Source: Eledone cirrhosa (taxonomy: Eukaryota). From it: a DNA stretch of 64,000 bases. The DNA lies in contig OZ024743.1 of the NCBI GenBank assembly GCA_964016885.1, positions 95,232,001-95,296,000 of the forward strand. The letters are read 5' to 3'. Each line of letters starts with the position of its first letter. The stretch's first letter is position 1. The translations under genes were made by a program, and so were the position numbers. Below the pieces are notes generated by a model. The model was not told where the DNA came from. It made no database searches and saw only the letters and a list, made by a program, of their open reading frames with translations. Shown here in pieces: positions 52,845-64,000 of the stretch.

Positions 52845-53023
52845 AATATATATACACATATGCATACAGGTACACATACATATATGCACGCATCAGTTTA
52901 GCCGGCGTTTATTATAACGCCGGCCGCTTTGTTCGTTTGTTTGTCAACAAAGCGAACAGCCTGAATTTATGCCATACGGTGTTAAGGCAACCACGTCACC
53001 TTTTTGTTCAACACTGACACAGG

Positions 53024-53068
53024 AACGATGTACTAGTTTCAAGCTTGTTAGCTATCATCAGCACCGTT
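53024..53068 (-). ncRNA. Minimal type I hammerhead ribozyme, unit 5
   Basis: Identical to 51056-51100. Confidence 0.8.
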
Positions 53069-53233
53069 TACCCATCTGCCAGATAGTTGAACGTTCGAAA
53101 GTATATACTTTTCTTATGAAAATTAACGGCTGAGCAGCCTAATTTGCAAAGCGGCCGGCGTTATAATAAACGCCGGCTAAACTGATGCGTGCATATATGT
53201 ATGTGTACCTGTATGCATATGTGTATATATATT

Positions 53234-53264
<31 letters not shown>

Positions 53265-53378
53265 GCATGCTACTGTACGTCTGTATACATATATGTATGT
53301 ACGTATACATACATACTTACATTTAAGTAAGTGCCATACTAAGAGTGAGAAATGAAATTTCGTTTTCATTTTTTTCAA

Positions 53379-53419
<41 letters not shown>

Positions 53420-54567
53420 CAAACTCTCACATATGTATGTATGTGTATATATATATGTATATATATATAATCTTTCGAATTTTGATATTGGTTGTAACAC
53501 ACGCATTTTTTTATTTTATTTGTTTGCCACCCCCACCCCACCACGTGAAATGGTGTCAGGATAGATGCCAACTTACACGCACAAATTCTTCTGAACATAG
53601 CGGCAGCACACTAAAGCTGACCTGCCAGCTGACCCCTTAACACCACTACCACTACCAACACAATGGAGGAGGTCAGCTGTACTTAAACAAAAACTACTAC
53701 GACAGATTGTCTTACCTCAGAAAAATTTGTATAGACTTTTGACTGAGGAATGTTCTCACAACTGACCAATGGGATGCGAGCGTGTCCTGTGACGCTGACA
53801 TGTGTTTGCTCTAACCCATATGATTCCAGTTCCTCAGAGAAATAACAACACTACCGCAGCTGGACATATCGATGGATTGACGGAGTAAAACACACTTCAA
53901 CAACATGTGTACCTGTCTTTCCGACACCAATTCGTACTGCCTGAAGAGATTACAGCCAATGATGGCTGTCACCGAAATTTATATAGCAGTATATTTATAA
54001 TTTGTAATAAACGAAGCCAAATTTAACATATTTGACTTAATTGTTTTACATTACTCCGGAGTAAACAAACCAACCTGAGTACTTCGTCGAGTGCTCCAAT
54101 CTGCATACTCTGGTGTCAGTAAACAACCAACATATACTCAATATATATATATATATTTGCCACCGACGCAGTAGGCAGTGATTTTCTCAATGGCTTGGAA
54201 TTTAGTCCACGCTTTGCTTTTTTCCATCCACTGAATTATGTTTGATAAGTTCCCTGTGTCCACGTATTGCCTGGAAACTTAGCTGAGAATAGACTTCCCT
54301 GATGACGAAAGGCTTCTCTGTACGTTTCTTCGGAAAGTATGTTTATTCCCTTTCAGAAACTAATTAGTTGGAGTAAAATTTTAGTAAGTAAGTTAATTTT
54401 ATAATTTTCTTATTTTACGTCTCTCATATTATTGTTCTGCATCACCATGCATTGAACCACAAAGTTACTAAGACAAAACCTATATATTTGCTAGCATAAG
54501 TATGCATCTGTGTATATATATGTTACTAGATATACTAATTCTTTATATATATATATATATATATATA

Positions 54568-54651
54568 TAATTGTTTCTACTTTTGGCACAAGGCCAGCAA
54601 TTAACTAGTGCATTACTGGTACTTTATTTTATCGACCCCGTAAGGATGAAA
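54568..54651 (-). mobile_element. SINE 3' fragment abutting the ATT tail of the CR1 relic
   Basis: SINE body and tail on the minus strand, directly after CATTATTAT. Confidence 0.85.
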
Positions 54652-55900
54652 TATAATAATGAAATTATTGTGTACAGTGCTCAGGTGCACTAAAACTCGT
54701 GAAAGGTGCATGTATAGTACATAGAATAATATAGAAATGTCAGGGAAGTGAATAGTGTATGAGTCATGATAGACATGTGTGCGTGTGTATGGAGGGGGAA
54801 TATTATGTGTAGTGTTGGCGAATCTCAGGAACCAACGAGGTTTTAAAGGATGCAGTGTCTCGACAGCTAACAACTGATGCAGGTAGTTTGTTCCATGCTT
54901 CAGCAGCTCTGAGCGTGAAAAAATGTTTCCCAAAGACATGGGAGCTGTGCCGTTTTCTGACTTTGTTGGCATGTCCACGTGTGTTAGATACATGGAAATC
55001 AAAAAGGTACTCAGGGTTGTTGTTGGCAAAATGGTTAATAATTTTGTGAGTGCTTACCAAGTCAGTTGCCAGACGTCAGAGCTTCACTGCCCAGAGAATC
55101 AAGGCGTTCAGAGTATGGAGGGTATTCGCTTGGTTCCACGTCTCTGAACAGTTTCCAGGCGGTCAATGTTCTGAGCAAGATAGGGTTCCAGACTGGTGAT
55201 GCAAATTCTAAGTCTGCCGCACCAAAGCTATATACAGCTTTAAACAGATAGCTGGAGAGCGGCTGACAAAGGTCTCTCTGAATGATGCTAGGACACCCTC
55301 GACCCTCTTGACAATTTTAGAGACGTGCTTCGTCCAACGCAAATCGTTGTTGACCGTAATGCCCAGGTCACGTTCACAGGAAGACTTCTTGATATTAGTA
55401 TTGTGGAGGGAGTATGTGGACGCTGGGTTTTTACTCCCAAAATGCATGGTGGTACACTTGTCCACAGCTAGCTTGAGTTGCCAGTCTGTGATCCATTGTT
55501 GCATTGTGTCCAGGTAAGATTGCAAGCAAGATCTATAGTGTTCAGGATCTGTCCTTTTTATCTCAAGCTACAGCTTGATGTCATCTGCATATTTCAGTAC
55601 TGTGGCATTCTTTAAGTTGGCATCTATGTCATTAATATATGCCACAAACATCCCTGTGGTACACCAGATGACATCGCATATGGCGAGGAATACTGTTCTA
55701 GAACCGTGACTATCTCTCTGCGACTGAGAATGAAGGACTTCAGCCAGTTAAAAAGATCATCGTTCACACCCATTGCAGAGAATTTTGCCATAGGTCTTTT
55801 GTGTGGCACAGAATTGAAAGCTTTAGCAAAGTTAAGGTAAACAACATCCACCCATAAGATGCCATCAGTGATCCGGGTGATATCTTCACGAAACTCGATA
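54652..55900 (-). mobile_element. 5'-truncated, decayed CR1-clade LINE (RT to 3' end)
   Basis: VDVVYLNFAKAFNSVPH, SGVPQG, KYADDIKL, ERDLGITV, TRGH and WNKLPASVV in broken frames. Confidence 0.88.
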
Positions 55901-56495
55901 CTCAGAACAACTCTCTCCATCGCTTTTTCCTGACCATTATCTTTTGTTTGGCACAAAACTCTCTAAATGACTATAAAACAGTTCCAAAATACGGGCGCGA
56001 AATTTAATGTACTTGTTCACGTGAGAGTCATAATTTCATTTATAACCAATCAAATTACATTAAAAAAAAAAGCCTTCGTGAGCCATCTTTTTTTAAGTAA
56101 AAAGAAATTCAAACACAAACAGGCGCGAAAGCTGATGTGCTTATTCACGTGACTGCATCAACCAACCAAACTTCACTCATATATGAAAAAACCAAAAAAC
56201 AACCTGAGCCCCCGGCCCCCTTCTTTGAAGGCAAATATAATAAGAACTTTGTAACGCGAACTGGCGCGAAATTTATTATACTTTTTCACCAACGAACCAA
56301 ATTACTTCTCTAAAAATCTGGCATTTCGAGCCACTCTTTTCCATATAAAACAGGAGTAACATTCAAAGACCAACCGTGGTGTGAAAAAAACCACAGACCC
56401 TCCATCTCAATCCTAATGCGAAACCGGTAAGGAACCAAATAAATATATATTTAAAAAAAAAGATTCCAGTTGCATTTTCGATTTCATCTGGTTTC

Positions 56496-59220
<2,725 letters not shown>

Positions 59221-60697
59221 ATAACAATGTCAGACTTGAACCCATCACCACCTCTAGCAACAAACATCAGGGGCACACCTTACACCTCACCTCCACACCC
59301 ATTAATCCACTTTAACGCAAATAGTGACATCCTCCTAGTACCTTTTACCCTAGAGATATCCCCATGTACTTCTACTTTTGGTATATTGGCCTTCAATTAC
59401 TTAGACTACATTACAGCAATATATAATTAATGTAAACTTTAAGCACGGAATTGGGAGTGCTAACATTGTCCTGTGTATGGAGTGCCATCATTGGATAAAT
59501 GGAAGATTAAGTAATTAATTTATTAACATAAAAGAGCTATATAATCTATATGCTGAGTGCAATGAATTATGTACAGGTGATGTATAAGTTATAAATACAT
59601 GTATGACTTGAAGGTCAGATTAGTGTCTTTGTGAGTGAGAATTAATCTCTGGACTACCCTAGTGATATTTAACTTTGCCATGCAATCAGACATGCAATGA
59701 TCCAGAGCTTACCAGGAGTCATATATAGAAGTGATTCTAACAAGACCCTGCCAGGTTCTGCGGGTGGACTACACTTACAAAGATCATTGATTTGGAGATC
59801 TGACTCTTCATGTAGAATATTCGGTTGTGGCACTCTATGATAGAAGGTAATCATCCTAATATGAACACCTTTAGTACTTCTTCATAGACTACACTGTAAT
59901 TTATAGATAAGATACTTAAATTTAGAAATTGTTTATAACCTTATATGATAGGGACTCATTTGAGACACCATTAATGTACTTTAGGATAATAAATTTAGCT
60001 ATAGAAATCAGCTAGTTACCTCCCCTTACGCATTAATTCCCCTTAATCACACACACACTTCCGGAATATAATACGATGTCAACTCTCACAACAAAAACAA
60101 CCTGCTCTATAGAATCGAATTAGAGAACGACAAGCTGTGATATTCTAGCATGGTTCACCAGGCACCCAATGTTGAATCATCGTGGATTGTGTGATGGACA
60201 TGTAGTCTATAAATTGAGTTTCCTGGATTGTGAGTGGTGGTGTGTGCGGGGACAGTGGTGCTGTTTTGCTTCTCATTTGTAATATTTTTGATATTTTTTG
60301 GTGTTTCTCTACACACTATAATCTTGTATAAATAGGACACCCGTGCATGCCTCACGTGTGACTGTTGCATACACTGGCTACTCCAAACTTTCCTCTTGCT
60401 TTATCTTCGTAAAATGTCAATGTTTTATTTTAATTTTAATTTTAATTTTAACTTTAATTTTGTCCTTTAATATGACTGTAATCTTTGTATGTAAATTGCC
60501 ATGCTGTATTATTATAATGGATGTCAACCCACTGTGGGTCAATATATACATATGTTTCTATATGTCTCTTGTGTTGAAAAGGAGGTCAAGTATGTAAAAA
60601 ATCACTGAATAATTATTCCGAAGATTCCAAACCTCGGTTTGGAAGAAACAATTGTAAGCAAATAAATGATTTAAACAGAACTTTGATTCATGTAATT

Positions 60698-60746
<49 letters not shown>

Positions 60747-60956
60747 AAATGGCGTGCTGCTTGGTTGCAAATGGGTTACATATGAATAAAATTGTGATGC
60801 AATTGACTGCATATATTGTCAATCAGAAATGATTATATTTATATATATATAGAGAGAGCGATTTACAAAATTATTATTTAAAACATCACATTCCAGAAGA
60901 GTGGGAAGAACACTATAATTCTCTCTTTCTCTCTCTCGCTCTTTCGCTATCTCGCT

Positions 60957-61001
<45 letters not shown>

Positions 61002-61033
61002 TCTCTCTCTCTCTCACTCTCTCTCTCTCTCTC

Positions 61034-61090
<57 letters not shown>

Positions 61091-61118
61091 TTATTTATTT
61101 ATTTATTTATTTATATAT

Positions 61119-61447
<329 letters not shown>

Positions 61448-61449
61448 AA

Positions 61450-62103
61450 TGAACTAGGTGAGAAATTAGGAATAAGAGGGATCAGATGCTGTTTACTCGA
61501 GAGTAGACTACGTTGGTATGGTCACGTGATGCGCATGAAAGATGACAGCTGTATAAAAAAGTGCAGGGCCAACAAAATAGACGGTAGCCACGGAGTAGGC
61601 AGACCGAGAAAAACCTGGGAAGACCTGATAAAATCCGACCTCACACATTTACACCTCTCCAAGACAATGTCACTGGACCGAGATCTTTGGCGCTACGCAG
61701 TAATACAGAAAATTCGCCTTGCCTAAGTACAAAGCGAAACCTACAGTCAGTGGGCACCTCTTAACCAAATATACACCCCCCATCCTACTAACCCCCCCAT
61801 CCTACCCCCCTCTTTCGATGTAAAGTTATGTTGGTACCACAACATCCAGTCCTAAATAAATGAGGTCGTGTAGGTGTCACGACAAAAAAACACACAGTCC
61901 ACGCTGTAACGTGGCCGTGTAGGTAACACGGTAAAAACCTCCCAGTCCACACTGTAAACGTGGTTGGTGTTAGGAAGGGCATCCAGCCGTAGAAAACCCG
62001 CCAGACATTCCTGAGCAAGACAAACAATCTTGCCTCAAGTGGGACAAATTCCGTCCAATCCATGCTAGCGTGGAAAATGGACGTTAAATGATGATGATGA
62101 GGA

Positions 62104-62105
<2 letters not shown>
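61450..62105 (+). mobile_element. 5'-truncated RTE-clade LINE 3' end
   Basis: RLRWYGHVMRM..GRPRKTWEDLIKSDL..DRDLWR (stop at 61726). The 3' UTR ends GGACGTTAAA(TGA)n. Confidence 0.85.
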
Positions 62106-62162
<57 letters not shown>

Positions 62163-62212
62163 AAGGGATAAAGAGAGAGCGAGAGAGCGAGAGAGAGAAA
62201 GAGAGAGTTATA

Positions 62213-62309
<97 letters not shown>

Positions 62310-62563
62310 AAGCGGGGATAAATATAGATATGCATGTGTATTTCTAGTCTTAGTGACTCTGAATTGAATAAATACGTCACTGTATTGAAAATACTAGTCG
62401 TAAATTTGAATAAAACAAAGACTCATATAAAAGGTAATTTTTAGATATGAATAATAAATGTAAATTTACCAATAACACTAACGATATCTGAATATTTTAA
62501 AAGTTTCACCAGAATAGATGGAGGTTCATGATAAATCATTGTTGACTCTGTTGCTACTGCATT

Positions 62564-62601
<38 letters not shown>

Positions 62602-62639
62602 TAGCGAGGTTTTTTATATGAAATCGTGTGTCGAAACAA

Positions 62640-62920
62640 ATATTGTTATACTCGGGGAGGGTCATATTTGTGTAATATTGCCAGAATTAATAACAGAACA
62701 CACTCACTGTTTGGTTGGTTTTCGCTTCTCGCTTTGTGTCTATATTGTATCTGTATTATTTTTGACCGTCGGTCAGTCAATGGCAACATTGAGGACCGAT
62801 TAAGTTAGATCGCAGATATAAAAGACAGCGAGAAGCGAAAACCAACCAAACAGTGAGTGTGTTCTGTTATTAAATCTGGCAATATTACACAAATATGACC
62901 CTCCCCAAGTACAACAATAT
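62640..62920. repeat. Fold-back: ~93-bp inverted arms with a ~95-bp spacer
   Basis: 62640-62733 is the near-perfect reverse complement of 62828-62920. Confidence 0.9.
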
Positions 62921-62940
62921 ATATATATATATATATATAT

Positions 62941-62993
62941 GTAAGTATGTATGAATACGTACATACATATATGTATACAGACGTACAGTAGCA

Positions 62994-63029
<36 letters not shown>

Positions 63030-63079
63030 AGTATGTATGAATACGTACATACATATATGTATACAGACGTACAGTAGCA

Positions 63080-63145
<66 letters not shown>

Positions 63146-63856
63146 CACATATGCATACAGGTACACATACATATATGCACGCATCAGTTTAGCCGACGTT
63201 TATTATAACGCCGCTTTGTTCGTTTGTTTGTCAACAAACCGAACAGCCTGAATTTATGCCATACGGTGTTAAGGCAACCACGTCACCTTTTTTTGACAAA
63301 CAAACGAACAAAGCGGCGTTATAATAAACGTCGACTAAACTGATGCGTGCATATATGTATGTGTACCTGTATGCATATGTGTATGTATATATATATATAT
63401 ATATATATGCATGCTACTGTACGTCTGTATACATATATGTATGTACGTATTCATACATACTTACATTTAAGTAAGTGCCATACTAAGAGTGAGAAATGAA
63501 ATTTCGTTTTCATTTTTTTTCAACTTATCGTTTTCGGTATGCCTGACCGATTTAACTCACTCAATATGCAAATTAGGCTGCTCAGCCGTTAATTTTCATA
63601 AGGAAAGTATATACTTTCGAACGTTCAACTATCTGGCAGATGGGTAAACGGTGCTGATGATAGCTAACAAGCTTGAAACTAGTACATCGTTCCTGTGTCA
63701 GTGTTGAACAAAAAGGTGACGTGGTTGCCTTAACACCGTATGGCATAAATTCAGGCTGTTCGGTTTGTTGACAAACAAACGAACAAAGCGGCGTTATAAT
63801 AAACGTCGGCTAAACTGATGCGTGCATATATGTATGTGTACCTGTATGCATATGTG

Positions 63857-63892
<36 letters not shown>

Positions 63893-64000
63893 TGCTACTG
63901 TACGTCTGTATACATATATGTATGTACGTATTCATACATACTTACATTTAAGTAAGTGCCATACTAAGAGTGAGAAATGAAATTTCGTTTTCATTTTTTT
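62941..64000 (+). mobile_element. Second locus of the hammerhead repeat: inverted partial copies (62941-63291), then tandem units (~481-bp period) running off the window
   Basis: Reverse complement of the 492-bp unit with a few substitutions and indels. CATTTAAGTAAG occurs at 63464 and 63945. Confidence 0.8.
63647..63691 (+). ncRNA. Minimal type I hammerhead ribozyme, predicted cleavage after GUA at 63684
   Basis: Stem I 63647-63653/63685-63691, CTGATGA 63654-63660, stem II AGCT-AACA-AGCT, GAAA 63675-63678, CTAG 63679-63682. Confidence 0.82.

Larger units (their letters stand above)
50791..53383 (-). mobile_element. Hammerhead-containing 492-bp tandem array (4.8 apparently identical units) plus an inverted partial unit; candidate non-LTR retrozyme
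   Basis: Period of 492 (TAAGTATG at 50791, 51283, 51775, 52267 and 52759). Inverted segment at 53147-53383. Embedded in (TA)n. Confidence 0.8.

Noticed and set aside
51224-53378. Repeated 105-aa ORF in the 492-bp units
   Set aside because: TTG start, runs through a TA microsatellite, and shows no recognisable domain. The conserved feature of the unit is the RNA motif.
54285-54350. CTGATGA-C-GAAA hammerhead-like string
   Set aside because: There is no stem II, and stems I and III pair poorly. At most a decayed remnant.

Overview
Eukaryotic, repeat-dominated, apparently non-genic DNA. The SINE family and (TA)n/(ATT)n richness resemble an octopus or other coleoid cephalopod genome (inference). 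No host gene could be supported. Left half: two head-to-tail ~6.0-kb Tx1-clade (L1 group) non-LTR retrotransposons, one with intact ORF1 and ORF2 and one with three nonsense codons, each sitting in the (ATT)n tail of a truncated tRNA-derived SINE. Three older Tx1-related relics follow, carrying expanded minisatellites, including a ~10-kb array. Right half: SINEs, two piggyBac-type MITEs, CR1 and RTE fragments, a decayed Penelope-like (Naiad-type) element and several fold-backs embedded in (TA)n. Top finding: a 492-bp tandem repeat (50791-53383; second locus from 62941) in which each complete unit carries a minimal type I hammerhead ribozyme with a palindromic stem III, and each array has a 5' inverted partial copy. 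This is a candidate circular-RNA 'retrozyme' family mobilised by Penelope-like elements. Second finding: the SINE shares its 3' end and its ATTATT target with the Tx1 element, suggesting a Tx1-SINE partnership. All observations were made by eye, so boundaries of degenerate elements are approximate.
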